A stretch of DNA of 64,000 nucleotides from Geopsychrobacteraceae bacterium (GTDB lineage: Bacteria; Desulfobacterota; Desulfuromonadia; Desulfuromonadales; Geopsychrobacteraceae): the NCBI GenBank assembly GCA_963676795.2, contig CAXXTB010000001.1:160001-224000 (forward strand), written 5' to 3'. Below the pieces are notes generated by a model. The model was not told where the DNA came from. It was given only the letters and a program-made list of their open reading frames with translations, and did not search any database. The position numbers and the translations under genes are program-made. Of this stretch, positions 20,075 through 29,583 are shown one piece after another; position 1 is the stretch's first letter, and each line of letters opens with the position of its first letter.

Positions 20075-20587
20075 ATGAACAATGTATTTATTAGTGCAGT
20101 AACTGGAAATGATAGTGCCGGCATCATCAAAGCTCTGGCAGAAACAACTCGCGAACTGGGCGGAGAATGGGTGACCAGCAAAGTCATGAAACTCGACGGT
20201 CAGTTCATTGCTCTCATGAAGGTGAGAGTCAAGCCAGAAGAGGAAAATGATCTGGTCGCAGCACTCAAGGCAAAATACCCTGAGCTGTTGTTCACTCACT
20301 CCGAGGCGAGACCTGCTCCTGACAGACCGGCAAAACAGCTGAAACTGGAAATCGACTGCAAGGATCGTTCTGGCCTGACCAAGGACATCAACAACACCCT
20401 CTCCAATCTCGATCTGGTTGTCGACCATATGGAATTCCACCGGATGCTGGTCACCACCCTTGGCGAAACGGTCTACAATGCCAAACTCAATCTGACCGTT
20501 CCTGCCGATACCGACAGCGGTGACCTTGCCAGTGAAATCGAAGCGATGCTGACTGCGGACGATGTTCGCGTCCATGTCATGGCATAA
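20075..20587 (+). CDS. GcvR-like tandem ACT-domain protein
   Basis: Two ACT repeats (ISAVTGNDSAGII; EIDCKDRSGLT); GAGGTG RBS before ATG 20075. Confidence 0.8.
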   Translation: MNNVFISAVTGNDSAGIIKALAETTRELGGEWVTSKVMKLDGQFIALMKVRVKPEEENDLVAALKAKYPELLFTHSEARPAPDRPAKQLKLEIDCKDRSGLTKDINNTLSNLDLVVDHMEFHRMLVTTLGETVYNAKLNLTVPADTDSGDLASEIEAMLTADDVRVHVMA

Positions 20588-20606
20588 GGCTTCACTTTCA
20601 AGCAAT

Positions 20607-20644
20607 AAAAAAACCGCACACCTTTTGGGTGTGCGGTTTTTTTT
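20607..20644. terminator. Bidirectional intrinsic terminator
   Basis: A7-CCGCACACC-TTTTG-GGTGTGCGG-T8 between convergent genes. Confidence 0.9.
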
Positions 20645-20668
20645 GTGCATTTTCCAATCGACCGGCGG

Positions 20669-22123
20669 CTAGCCTATCAGCGGCGGTATCCCCGGAATCA
20701 TCCCGACAATCGCCATCGCCACAGTCGCAATAACCAGGGCACAGCCCGGAATGATCAGACGATCTAGGACCGACAGGTTCTTGGCGCGTTCCTTGTCACC
20801 GATCAGGCTGTTGTTATCAAGGAACATGGTCAGAGCCCAACCGAAAACCGGGTTGACGATCGCCGAGGCGAAGATACAGATGCCGGAAGCCTGGGCATCC
20901 TTGGTGTTATGAACCATTTCCATCCCCGCTTCGAGCAGCGGCAGGTAGACACCGACCAGCAGCGCAATACCGAGAACCGGACGCCAGACCGCGATATCCA
21001 TCGGGAAACCAAGGATAGCGACAACGATCGACAGGATACCGGTCAGGATCGCACCGGCAGGGATCGGCCGCTTGGCGATCGCAGCTGGAATCATGTAGGT
21101 ACCCCAGGACGAGGTGATACAGCCGCTGCCAAAGAAACCGGTTACAATCTGGCGGAAAGAACAGCCGATCATGGTATCGTCGACGTTCATCAGAACGTCC
21201 TTGGCCTTTTTCGGATAGTTCATCTCCTGGAAAATCCGGTGACCGAGGAAGTCAGGCGACCACATAGCAACCGCCAGAATGGCGAACGGCAGCGATGAGA
21301 TAAATGCGGAAACACCCGGCATACCCAGTTTCCAGCCGGTCTCTGCACCCCACCAGTACATTGGGTTAAAGCTCGGCAGGCCAGGCGCGGTCTCAAAATG
21401 GAACGGCGCACCCAGAACCAGGGCGATGATTGCGGCAAAAGCGGAACAAACCGGAATCGCCAGCCAGCGCTTACCGACCCGGGCCAGGTAGGCATAGAGA
21501 ATCAGGTTCAGCCCCAGAACGACAAAGCTGACGTAGCCCATGCCAAAGCCGGTTGCCCACTTCTGAATAGCACCAACCTGGCCGATAACACCGATCGCTC
21601 CCAGATAGACCAACAAACCGCCGGCGACCCCGTTACTGGTAACATTGACCAGGCGCGAGCCCCCCTTGGTGATACTCAGAATCAGGCCAAAGACACCGAT
21701 CAGAATCGCCAATGCCATCGGATGGGTACCGGAGGTCGCCATCAGCGGGATCAACGGCATCATCGGACCGTGAATACCTGCGAGGTTGGCCCGTGGATTG
21801 AAGATACCGGAGAACAGGATGACGAAAAGGACACAGGTGACGATCATATCGACACGAACGTTCTCAACGATAAAGGCCTGATCAAGACCATAGGCACCGG
21901 CAAAAGCGTTAGCGATCGCGGTACACATAACGGCAAGTCCGATGGTCCCGGCGATAGCCGGAATCAGGTCTTCAAAAGCGAAGCTGAAGTCACGGCCAGG
22001 CAGGTTGATACTCCAGCGTTTTGGGCTCATGATCTCCAACTCATGGTTGAGATAGTCTGCCCGGGTCGCAAACTCTTTACGCGGCTTACGTAGTTTGCGG
22101 TAGCTTTCTGCTTCTGTACTCAT
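20669..22123 (-). CDS. DUF3360 family polytopic membrane protein (putative transporter)
   Basis: N-terminal YRKLRKPRKEFATRADYLNHELEIMSPKRW, EDLIPAIAGTIG, WSPDFLGHRIFQ, SSWGTYMIPAAIAKRPIP; many hydrophobic helices. Confidence 0.8.
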   Translation of the reverse strand: MSTEAESYRKLRKPRKEFATRADYLNHELEIMSPKRWSINLPGRDFSFAFEDLIPAIAGTIGLAVMCTAIANAFAGAYGLDQAFIVENVRVDMIVTCVLFVILFSGIFNPRANLAGIHGPMMPLIPLMATSGTHPMALAILIGVFGLILSITKGGSRLVNVTSNGVAGGLLVYLGAIGVIGQVGAIQKWATGFGMGYVSFVVLGLNLILYAYLARVGKRWLAIPVCSAFAAIIALVLGAPFHFETAPGLPSFNPMYWWGAETGWKLGMPGVSAFISSLPFAILAVAMWSPDFLGHRIFQEMNYPKKAKDVLMNVDDTMIGCSFRQIVTGFFGSGCITSSWGTYMIPAAIAKRPIPAGAILTGILSIVVAILGFPMDIAVWRPVLGIALLVGVYLPLLEAGMEMVHNTKDAQASGICIFASAIVNPVFGWALTMFLDNNSLIGDKERAKNLSVLDRLIIPGCALVIATVAMAIVGMIPGIPPLIG

Positions 22124-22863
22124 TCTACTATCCTCTTCTAACTATGAACGTTAATCACCTTCCTCGATTTAAAATCGAGGAACCACGGATACGGAGTCTG
22201 ACACACAACGGCCACAGCAAACGCCCTGAGAGCAGTCCCTGTGGCCAGATTACGTCCTTGTCAACCTGCTAAATCTGAGGGCACTTTCAAACCGTTCCAA
22301 GCCGCCCTCTCCATCGATTTTTTCCAACTTTCGATGGTCCTTTTCTACACCGAAAAGATAAACTTTGTGCTCAAACGCTTTTCTATAATAAAAATTTCGC
22401 AGATATTATCTTATCGGGGAAAACAATTCCAAACAAAAAATGCAAAACCTTCCGACGAAATTTCAGTTACTTAACAAGATGTGTGATTTTATAACAGAAG
22501 GTAATTTATTATCACAGAAGAAGAAATTTATCGCATTTGATACATTCATTAATATGAATGTTTATTCAGGTCAATTTATCATCAGATTAATAAAGAATGA
22601 TAAAATTTGAGATATAATGCTTACCGCATAAATTCTTATAGAAGACATTTGGCAAGTTATGTTCTGATGACTCCAGTGATGAAAAAAAGATCCTGTCTGG
22701 TAAAGCAGAATAGCACGATGCACGCTCCCCGCTGGGGAACAGACAGGTAAAAAAAGAGCCTGGTGAATCCCTGCTGAGATTTTCCATATGCGCAGAAAAA
22801 GCAAAACTGGATAAGGACTGTCAGGCGAGAAGTATCGGTCAAAAAAACGCAAGAACGTATGAA

Positions 22864-23913
22864 TCAGTAAGCCATCGAAACAGCTTTGACCAGCAGATAG
22901 ACCTGACAGCCGACAGCCAGGTTGAGACGATGGGCCGAAGCCTTTGAAATCCGTGCGGTCAGTGGAGCCCCGGCATCGGTGTGGACCAACACGCTCCGGT
23001 TGCGGGTTTCCTCCATGCTGAGGATGGTCGCCTTGAAGATATTCCGGGTACTGATGTTCTGTGGCTCATCAAGGGAGATGGTCACATCGGAGGCCTTGAT
23101 CGCGGCACGAATACGCTCTGCGCCAGGCCGCTCGGCAGCGACGATGTAGAAGTTCGTCCCCTGATGCTCGGCGGTGACCACACCGAACTCGTCATCGTAA
23201 TCGACAATTCGACACTCGTTGACCGAGACGTAATCCCCTTCCGTCTCGACACTGCCGAGTCCGGCATATTCGCCTTCCGGCTTACCGGCACTCAGAATCC
23301 GCCCCTTGCTGACGCGGATCAGCTCATCGCTGAGACGCAGGATCTCGGTACGCGAGTGGGTCACATAAAAGATCGGTATGTTGAACTTCTCCGGCAGCTT
23401 GGCAATATAGGGGAGCAGTTCGTCCTTGCGTTGCGGATCAAGTGAGGCGAGCGGCTCATCCATGAGCAGGATCTGTGGTCGCATCAGCAGCGCCCGGCCG
23501 ATGGCGACGCGCTGTTTCTCACCACCGGAAAGTTTGGCCGGCATCCGTTCGAGCAGATGAGCGATACCGAGCAACTCGCTGATCTCCTGCAATTGAGAGG
23601 CATCACTGTGCTTGCCGTAGAGCAGGTTCTTGCGTACCGTCATGTGCGGAAAGAGTCGGCCGTCCTGAAAAACGTAACCGCAACGCCGCTCCCGGATCGG
23701 ACAGTTGACCTTGAGATCCGAATCGAACAACAGCTTGCCGTTGATAAACACCCGACCTGAATCCGGCGTCACCAGCCCGGCGATCATATTGATGATCGAT
23801 GATTTCCCTGAGCCGGAAGGTCCGGCCAGCACGGTAATCCCGGTGGTCTCCGAGGTAAATTCGACATCCAGGTCAAAGGCCCCGAACTTTTTTTTCAGTC
23901 TGACTTCTATCAT
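22864..23913 (-). CDS. modC: Molybdate ABC transporter ATP-binding protein
   Basis: GPSGSGKS, LSGGEKQRVAIGRAL, LMDEP, C-terminal TOBE; in mod operon. Confidence 0.93.
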   Translation of the reverse strand: MIEVRLKKKFGAFDLDVEFTSETTGITVLAGPSGSGKSSIINMIAGLVTPDSGRVFINGKLLFDSDLKVNCPIRERRCGYVFQDGRLFPHMTVRKNLLYGKHSDASQLQEISELLGIAHLLERMPAKLSGGEKQRVAIGRALLMRPQILLMDEPLASLDPQRKDELLPYIAKLPEKFNIPIFYVTHSRTEILRLSDELIRVSKGRILSAGKPEGEYAGLGSVETEGDYVSVNECRIVDYDDEFGVVTAEHQGTNFYIVAAERPGAERIRAAIKASDVTISLDEPQNISTRNIFKATILSMEETRNRSVLVHTDAGAPLTARISKASAHRLNLAVGCQVYLLVKAVSMAY

Positions 23914-24596
23914 CCGTTGATTCTTTTAGCCGTTTTTTGCGCCAACACCTCGGACAGAGCCAGTGCGACCAGCGCAATAATGATGGAAATGATACAGAGC
24001 CGCGCCGCCATCATTTCACCATCCGGGGTCTGGGTAAAGGTGTAAAGCGCCAACGGCAGGGTCTGGGTCTCGCCGGGAATATTGGAGACAAAGGTGATGG
24101 TCGCACCAAATTCGCCGAGGCTGCGGGCAAAAGCAAGAACGGCCCCGGTAATCAAACCCGGGACCGAGAGAGGCAGGGTAATCGTCAGAAAGATCCGCAG
24201 GCGGCTCGCCCCCAGGGTCCGGGCCGCAGCTTCCAGCCCCTTGTCGACCGCTTCGATCGACAGTCTGATCGCCCTCACCATCAGCGGAAAACTCATCACC
24301 AGGGAGGCAAGCACCGCCCCCTTCCAGTTGAAGGCGAATTTCAGGCCGAGCGCCTGAAACAGCTCCCCAAGAAAGGTGCGGCGCCCCAGCACAATGATCA
24401 GCAGATAACCGGTGACCACCGGCGGGACGACCAACGGAAGATGAATAACGGCATCGATGAGTGCCTTGCCGCGAAACTGGCAGCGGGCCAGTAACAGGGC
24501 AAAGGCGATAGCCGGAACCAGGCCGACAGCAACAGCCCAGACGGCAACCTTAAGACTCAGCCAGATGGCGTTAAACTCTTCCGGGGATAAACTCAT
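23910..24596 (-). CDS. modB: Molybdate ABC transporter permease
   Basis: LPLVVPPVVTG, EAAARTLG, FARSLGEFGAT. Confidence 0.95.
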   Translation of the reverse strand: MSLSPEEFNAIWLSLKVAVWAVAVGLVPAIAFALLLARCQFRGKALIDAVIHLPLVVPPVVTGYLLIIVLGRRTFLGELFQALGLKFAFNWKGAVLASLVMSFPLMVRAIRLSIEAVDKGLEAAARTLGASRLRIFLTITLPLSVPGLITGAVLAFARSLGEFGATITFVSNIPGETQTLPLALYTFTQTPDGEMMAARLCIISIIIALVALALSEVLAQKTAKRING

Positions 24597-25360
24597 TGAG
24601 TGACAAATCCGTATTTCTCAAGAACTGTTTTGGCCCTGGCGCTCTTCATAAAAGCGAGGAAGGCCTTGGTCTCCGCAGTTTGTTTGCCTTTGACGGCGCA
24701 GATCGGATACTCGACAGGGGTATGCGATTCGGCAGCAAAGATGTAAACGATATGGGACTCTTTCGACTGTATGGCGTCGGTTTTGTAGACAATACCAAAA
24801 TCGGCCTGCTCGGTGTCAACAGCGTTCAGCGCTTTACGCACATCAGGATACTGGGCCAGCTGCTTGCTTAAACTTTCCCACAGGCCGTAATGGCTCAGCG
24901 CTTCCTTGCCGTACATCCCGGCCGGAACATGGGTCGCATCGCCCATGGCCAGGTAGCCCTCGCCAAGCAAGCCGGGCAGCTGGCGGATATCGTTCATTTT
25001 GTCTTTGCCGTTCGGGCCGGCGATGACAACCAGCGCATTGGAGGCCATCAGCGCATTGCTGCCCGCTTCGACCAGCCCTTTTTCATCCAGCCATTTATAC
25101 CATTTGACGTTGGCGGAAATAAAGATGTTGGCGTCAGCGCCGGCATCGATCTGGCGGGCCAGGGTCGAGCTGGAAGCAAACGAGGTCAGGAATTCCGCCG
25201 CGCTTCCACTCTCCTGTCTATAGGTATCGATCAGCTCCTTGACGGCATTGGTGGTCGAGGCGGCGGCAAAAACATAGACCTTCTCTGACGCAACAGCTGA
25301 AGTTGCCAGCAGCACAGCCAGACACAGACTGGCCAGGGTTAACAGACTACGCTTGAACAT
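24593..25360 (-). CDS. modA: Molybdate ABC transporter substrate-binding protein
   Basis: Signal peptide, VFAAAS, FASSSTLARQI, HVPAGMYG, VYKTDA; ATG 25360 behind GGAGG. Confidence 0.93.
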   Translation of the reverse strand: MFKRSLLTLASLCLAVLLATSAVASEKVYVFAAASTTNAVKELIDTYRQESGSAAEFLTSFASSSTLARQIDAGADANIFISANVKWYKWLDEKGLVEAGSNALMASNALVVIAGPNGKDKMNDIRQLPGLLGEGYLAMGDATHVPAGMYGKEALSHYGLWESLSKQLAQYPDVRKALNAVDTEQADFGIVYKTDAIQSKESHIVYIFAAESHTPVEYPICAVKGKQTAETKAFLAFMKSARAKTVLEKYGFVTQ

Positions 25361-25391
25361 GAGTAACTCCTCCAATAAATAAAGTGCGAAC

Positions 25392-25436
25392 ATCGCTTTC
25401 GATATTTGCGAAGGTATAACGCAATGTATAGCGAGT
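25392..25436. promoter_or_regulatory. Possible ModE-binding region upstream of modA
   Basis: GTATAACG and GTATAGCG half-site-like words, but the spacing does not match a clean ModE dyad. Confidence 0.35.
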
Positions 25437-25473
25437 CAACAGATTTATCTTCAGAGAATTGATAAACGAAAAT

Positions 25474-25524
25474 CCACCCTTCAATCTCCCCTATTTTATA
25501 GGGGGGGAAGCGCGCTTGCGAGCA
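25474..25524 (+). repeat. REP-like palindromic intergenic repeat, copy 3
   Basis: CCACCCTTCAATCTCCCCTATTTTATAGGGGGGGAAGCGCGCTTGCGAGCA. Confidence 0.8.
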
Positions 25525-25571
25525 AGTATCTCTACCACCGCGGCAGCCGGTGACTTCAAAACAACAGGTAT

Positions 25572-25714
25572 GTTTTCCGATTGGAAACGAGCAATTTTTC
25601 GTTGTGGCTAGGAAATCAAGGGCTAACGCCGAGGCGTAGTACTTTACGCCGCACAAGGCAGCCCGCCGATTGACGCCGCCACAGCGGAAAAGGGCCGCTT
25701 CCGGCTGGAAACTA
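25572..25714. mobile_element. MITE-like about 143-bp imperfect inverted-repeat element abutting the modE stop
   Basis: Left end GTTTTCCGATTGGAAAC...TTTTTCGTTGTGGC pairs with right end GCCACAGCGGAAAA...TTCCGGCTGGAAAC; internal GGCGTAGTACTTTACGCC hairpin. Confidence 0.55.
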
Positions 25715-26479
25715 TTTAAGGATGGTCACAACCTGCGCCTTGAACAGTGCCGTGACCACATCGCCGATCTCCAGTTCCATAGAGGCAACGCTGTTGGCGG
25801 TCATGATCACGTAGATGCTCTGGCCACCGGGCAGACCGATCTCGACCTCAGCCGACACCCCGGAGCTGACGATCCTGCTTACCCGGCCGAGCAGACGGTT
25901 ACGGGCGCTGACCGCCAGTTCACGGCCATCGCCTTTGAGCACCGTCACGGCGCTTTCGTGAACCAGGGCATAGACCCGATCATCGGTCTTCAGCTCCATC
26001 CGCTCGACGCTGGCGCGGGTGATAACGGCCGAGAGCAGATCGCCGCCACGCAGCTTGATGGTGATATCGGCGTTGGTGATGCCGATGTTGATGTCTTCAA
26101 TATGACAGCTGAACAGGTTCTTGGTACTGGCCAGGAAAAAACCGATGCCGGACGTATCCTGTTCGTTCTGTAACTGCTCAAGGGTCCGGTCGTGCGCCTC
26201 TTCCAGCTCGTAGAAGGTCTTGATCAGCTCCCGTGCGTAAGGGGTCAGGGTCGAACCGCCACCGCTGCGCCCGCCGGTCACCTTGACGACCAGCGGCTCT
26301 TCGGCCAGATTGTTCATCTTGTCGATGGCGTCCCAGGCCGCCTTGTAGCTCATGCCGGCAGCCGCCGAGGCTTTGGAGATCGAACCGATTTCATCGATCT
26401 TTTCGAGCAGCTTTATCCGCTTGGCTTCAAAGGTTGTGCGCTGTTGTTTAAGCCAGATCTTGTTATCGCTTCGCATCAT
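25712..26479 (-). CDS. modE: Molybdenum-responsive transcriptional regulator (wHTH plus two TOBE domains)
   Basis: GSISKASAAAGMSYKAAW, GGRSGGGSTLT, SARNRL, TALFKA; upstream of modABC. Confidence 0.9.
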   Translation of the reverse strand: MMRSDNKIWLKQQRTTFEAKRIKLLEKIDEIGSISKASAAAGMSYKAAWDAIDKMNNLAEEPLVVKVTGGRSGGGSTLTPYARELIKTFYELEEAHDRTLEQLQNEQDTSGIGFFLASTKNLFSCHIEDINIGITNADITIKLRGGDLLSAVITRASVERMELKTDDRVYALVHESAVTVLKGDGRELAVSARNRLLGRVSRIVSSGVSAEVEIGLPGGQSIYVIMTANSVASMELEIGDVVTALFKAQVVTILK

Positions 26480-26616
26480 CAGCCTTTCTTTACAAAATTC
26501 ATTGATATTTCACTGAATATACTCAGATTGTGCCGCAGGTCAACCTCCCCGAAATCAACCGTGGACAATATACGCCAGATGTATTATCTGAACAATGAAT
26601 CAACGAGTTCTCAAAA

Positions 26617-26675
26617 CACCCCCTCAATCCCTCCTACACTTAATAGAGGGGAAGCGAGTTTACCAGCAGAGGGGG
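26617..26675 (+). repeat. REP-like palindromic intergenic repeat, copy 4 (diverged)
   Basis: CACCCCCTCAATCCCTCCTACACTTAATAGAGGGGAAGCGAGTTTACCAGCAGAGGGGG. Confidence 0.75.
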
Positions 26676-26719
26676 ACTCCCACAGCAAAAAATGAAAGTT
26701 TTCAGATAAAGGTGTCTGA

Positions 26720-27406
26720 ATGATTCTTCAAGGAACAATCGTCAATGTCGTCGCCATCGCCGCCGGGTCGCTGGTCGGCTTCAAGGCTGGCCGGCTGCTC
26801 TCCGGACGGCTGCGCAAAACGCTGATGTCGGGCCTCGGCCTGGCGGTTCTGCTGATCGGCCTGAAGCTGTCGTTGCAGAGCCAGCAGCCGATGATCGTCA
26901 TTGCCAGCCTGATCCTGGGTGGCCTGATCGGCGAGATGATCGGGATAGAAAAGCGTCTGGAAAACTTCGGCGAACGCCTGCAGAAAAGGTTCTCCGGCAG
27001 TGGCAAGGTCGCCGAAGGGTTTGTTGTCGCCAGTCTGCTCTACTGTGTCGGTGCCATGGCGATCATGGGCTCGCTGCAGGACGGCATGGGTGACAAGCCG
27101 ACCATCCTCTACGCCAAGGCAGCGCTTGACGGCGTGGCCTCGATCGCCCTCGCCTCAACCCTGGGGATCGGCGTGCTCTTCTCTGTTATTCCGCTGGCCC
27201 TCTACCAGGGCGCGATCACCCTGGCGACCGGGCTGATGAGCCGGGTTCTGACCGAATCCGTCATGACCGAGATGAACGCCGTCGGCGGCCTGCTGATCGT
27301 CGCCATCGCCCTCGACCTGCTCGGCCTCAAGCGCCTGCCGGTCGGCAATCTGCTGCCGGCGGTGTTTGTTGCTGCGGCCCTGATGTGGATCTTCGGGCTG
27401 GCCTGA
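26720..27406 (+). CDS. DUF554 (YdfK/YqgA-like) membrane protein
   Basis: GTIVNVVAI, SLLYCVGAMAIMGSLQDG, KAALDG, YQGAIT, NLLPA. Confidence 0.88.
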   Translation: MILQGTIVNVVAIAAGSLVGFKAGRLLSGRLRKTLMSGLGLAVLLIGLKLSLQSQQPMIVIASLILGGLIGEMIGIEKRLENFGERLQKRFSGSGKVAEGFVVASLLYCVGAMAIMGSLQDGMGDKPTILYAKAALDGVASIALASTLGIGVLFSVIPLALYQGAITLATGLMSRVLTESVMTEMNAVGGLLIVAIALDLLGLKRLPVGNLLPAVFVAAALMWIFGLA

Positions 27407-27476
27407 CCCGCGCAGCGGGATAACAATATTCCCCTTACGGGATCTTGCTCACAGCGCAACTTTCCTTCTCAAACGG

Positions 27477-27657
27477 CCTGAAATCTGTGCTTCCACAGAC
27501 TTATCCACAGCCACTGACGGGCCGGAATGACTGCCCGTGAAAGGACATAAATCGGCGCTAAGATATTTACTTTTAAAGATATTCATATTTTCTTCCGACC
27601 CTGATCAAGACCACCTGACGTCGCCATTCCGGTAAAATCTGGCCAAGTTATCCACAT
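27477..27657 (+). promoter_or_regulatory. DnaA-box cluster 1 (datA-like architecture)
   Basis: GCTTCCACA 27489-27497, TTATCCACA 27501-27509, IHF-like word 27559-27571, TTATCCACA 27648-27656; boxes co-oriented. Confidence 0.7.
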
Positions 27658-27774
27658 CTCCAAGTACTTCTCCCGCCGGCGAAATCAGCGCTGTGCGAAG
27701 CCTTGTTACACCCCCGTAAAGTTCTCAATACAGACGCCGCATGACGTCACTGCACATTTTTTTATCTGCCGGCC

Positions 27775-27816
27775 TTGACTTAATTACCGTTTTAGTAATA
27801 ATTTGATATCTAATGA
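27775..27816 (+). promoter_or_regulatory. Sigma70-like promoter overlapped by putative MarR operator 1
   Basis: TTGACT-N16-AATAAT; dyad TAATTTGATATCTAATGA at 27799-27816. Confidence 0.6.
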
Positions 27817-27833
27817 TTCGACATGGAGACGAT

Positions 27834-28286
27834 ATGCCAATTTCATTTCATGGAACAAAAACGGAAACCGAGGCTCTTGGCACCTATGTCAAGCTGGTGA
27901 GAGCCACTGAAACGATCACAGCCGTCACGCACCGCCATCTGGCCAGGGTAAAACTGACCGTCTCTCAGTTTGGCGTGCTTGAAACCCTCTATCACTTAGG
28001 CCCCATGTGTCAGGCTGAGGTCGCCAGAAAAAACCTGAAAAGTACGGCGAACATCACCACCGTTGTCGACAACCTGGAAAAGCGCGGTCTGGTCGAACGA
28101 ATACGCAGCTTTGAGGATCGCCGTTACATCACCCTGCACCTCACAGATGCGGGACTCAGCCTGATCGAGGCCATCTTTCCGGCCCATGTTGAGAGGATGG
28201 TCAAAGGTTTCAGTGTCCTGACAGCTGAAGAACAACGTCAACTGGGCGATCTCTGCAAAAAACTGGGCATGAGCCAGCAGGCGTAA
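27834..28286 (+). CDS. MarR family transcriptional regulator (MhqR-like)
   Basis: LTVSQFGVLETLYHLGP, NITTVVDNLEKRGLVER, EDRR; GGAGA RBS. Confidence 0.9.
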   Translation: MPISFHGTKTETEALGTYVKLVRATETITAVTHRHLARVKLTVSQFGVLETLYHLGPMCQAEVARKNLKSTANITTVVDNLEKRGLVERIRSFEDRRYITLHLTDAGLSLIEAIFPAHVERMVKGFSVLTAEEQRQLGDLCKKLGMSQQA

Positions 28287-28301
28287 AATAAATTAACTTA
28301 T

Positions 28302-28319
28302 TAGTTCGACATCTAACGA
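28302..28319. promoter_or_regulatory. Putative MarR operator 2 upstream of doxX
   Basis: TAGTTCGACATCTAACGA, 14 of 18 positions identical to operator 1. Confidence 0.6.
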
Positions 28320-28346
28320 CTAAGGGTCGAACAAAGGAGCCAACCA

Positions 28347-28799
28347 ATGTTAAGCAAACTATTTTCCACCAAAGACAGTTATTCTGCCCTGATTCTGCGC
28401 CTGGCTCTGGCACTGGTCATCTTTCCGCACGGAGCACAAAAGCTGACGGGTTGGTTCGGTGGCTACGGATTTACCGGCACCATGAACTTTTTTACCGAGG
28501 GGATGGGCATCCCCTACATCTTTGCCCTGCTGGCCATTCTGGCTGAATTCTTCGGCGCACTTGGCCTGATCGTCGGACTGGGAACAAGAATTGCCGCCTT
28601 GGGAATCGGCGTCACCATGGCCGTCGCCATTCTGATGGTTCATGCTCCGAACGGTTTCTTTATGAATTGGTACGGCAGTCAAGCTGGAGAAGGATTTGAA
28701 TTTCACCTGCTCGTCATTGGTATGGCCCTGGCGCTGATTATCAGCGGCGCGGGCAAATGGTCTCTGGACCGGCTACTGGCCGGCAAACTGGAAAAATAA
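28347..28799 (+). CDS. DoxX family membrane protein
   Basis: LILRLAL, HGAQKL, AEFFGAL, GFEFHL, GAGKWSLD. Confidence 0.92.
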   Translation: MLSKLFSTKDSYSALILRLALALVIFPHGAQKLTGWFGGYGFTGTMNFFTEGMGIPYIFALLAILAEFFGALGLIVGLGTRIAALGIGVTMAVAILMVHAPNGFFMNWYGSQAGEGFEFHLLVIGMALALIISGAGKWSLDRLLAGKLEK

Positions 28800-28821
28800 T
28801 CAGCCACGACAGGAGAGAACC

Positions 28822-29517
28822 ATGATTACAGTGCGTAAATCTGAAGAGAGAGGCCACTTTGTCTCAGACTGGCTGGACAGTTACCACAGCTTCTCCTTTG
28901 ACACCTACTATGATCCCGACCATATGGGATTCCGCAGCCTGCGGGTCATCAATCAGGATCGGGTTCAACCGGGACAGGGGTTTCCACTCCACCCACACCG
29001 GGATATGGAGATCCTCTCCTTTGTCCTTGAAGGTCAGCTCAAGCACAAAGACAATCTGGGACATGAGGGGATTATCAATGCCGGCGAGGTTCAGCGCATC
29101 TCGGCCGGAAGCGGAGTGATGCACAGCGAGTTCAACCCCTCGGAGAGCGAGGAGGTCCATTTCCTTCAGATCTGGATCCTGCCCGAAGAAAAGAGCCTTA
29201 AACCCTCCTACGAAAACAGGGTGTTTGAGCTCAAAGAACAGAACCAGCTGCAACTGCTCGCTTCACAGGACGGCAGGGATGGATCGGCTGTTGTTCATCA
29301 GGATATCGCTCTTTATTCCGGCGAGCTGGAAGCGGGTAACAGTTGCGAATATCAGCTGGCAGATGGGCGGCATGCCTGGATTCAGGTCACCGCCGGAAAG
29401 CTCGAGGTCGCGGGAGAAAATCTGCAAGCCGGTGACGGTGCTGCCATCAGTGAAGAGAAATTGCTCGTTCTCTCTGCCAGAGACAAAGCCCGTTTCCTGC
29501 TTTTTGACCTGGCATAA
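28822..29517 (+). CDS. Pirin family (YhhW-like) cupin
   Basis: WLDSYHSFSF, LRVINQD, HPHRDMEI, HKD, GVMHSE, LQIWI. Confidence 0.93.
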   Translation: MITVRKSEERGHFVSDWLDSYHSFSFDTYYDPDHMGFRSLRVINQDRVQPGQGFPLHPHRDMEILSFVLEGQLKHKDNLGHEGIINAGEVQRISAGSGVMHSEFNPSESEEVHFLQIWILPEEKSLKPSYENRVFELKEQNQLQLLASQDGRDGSAVVHQDIALYSGELEAGNSCEYQLADGRHAWIQVTAGKLEVAGENLQAGDGAAISEEKLLVLSARDKARFLLFDLA

Positions 29518-29583
29518 TGGGCCTTGCTCAAAACCGTTAATAGCACTAAAAAACCGATATAACCCTACGAAAGGACCACAGTT

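Noticed and set aside
22200..22340. Glycine riboswitch upstream of DUF3360 (GGAGAG...CTCTCAGG words on the minus strand)
   Set aside because: The conserved CCGAAG core and tandem aptamer layout are not evident; kept only as an unidentified structured leader
22241..22852. Short ORFs in the AT-rich gap between DUF3360 and modC
   Set aside because: No clear RBS or motifs, several overlapping frames and atypical composition
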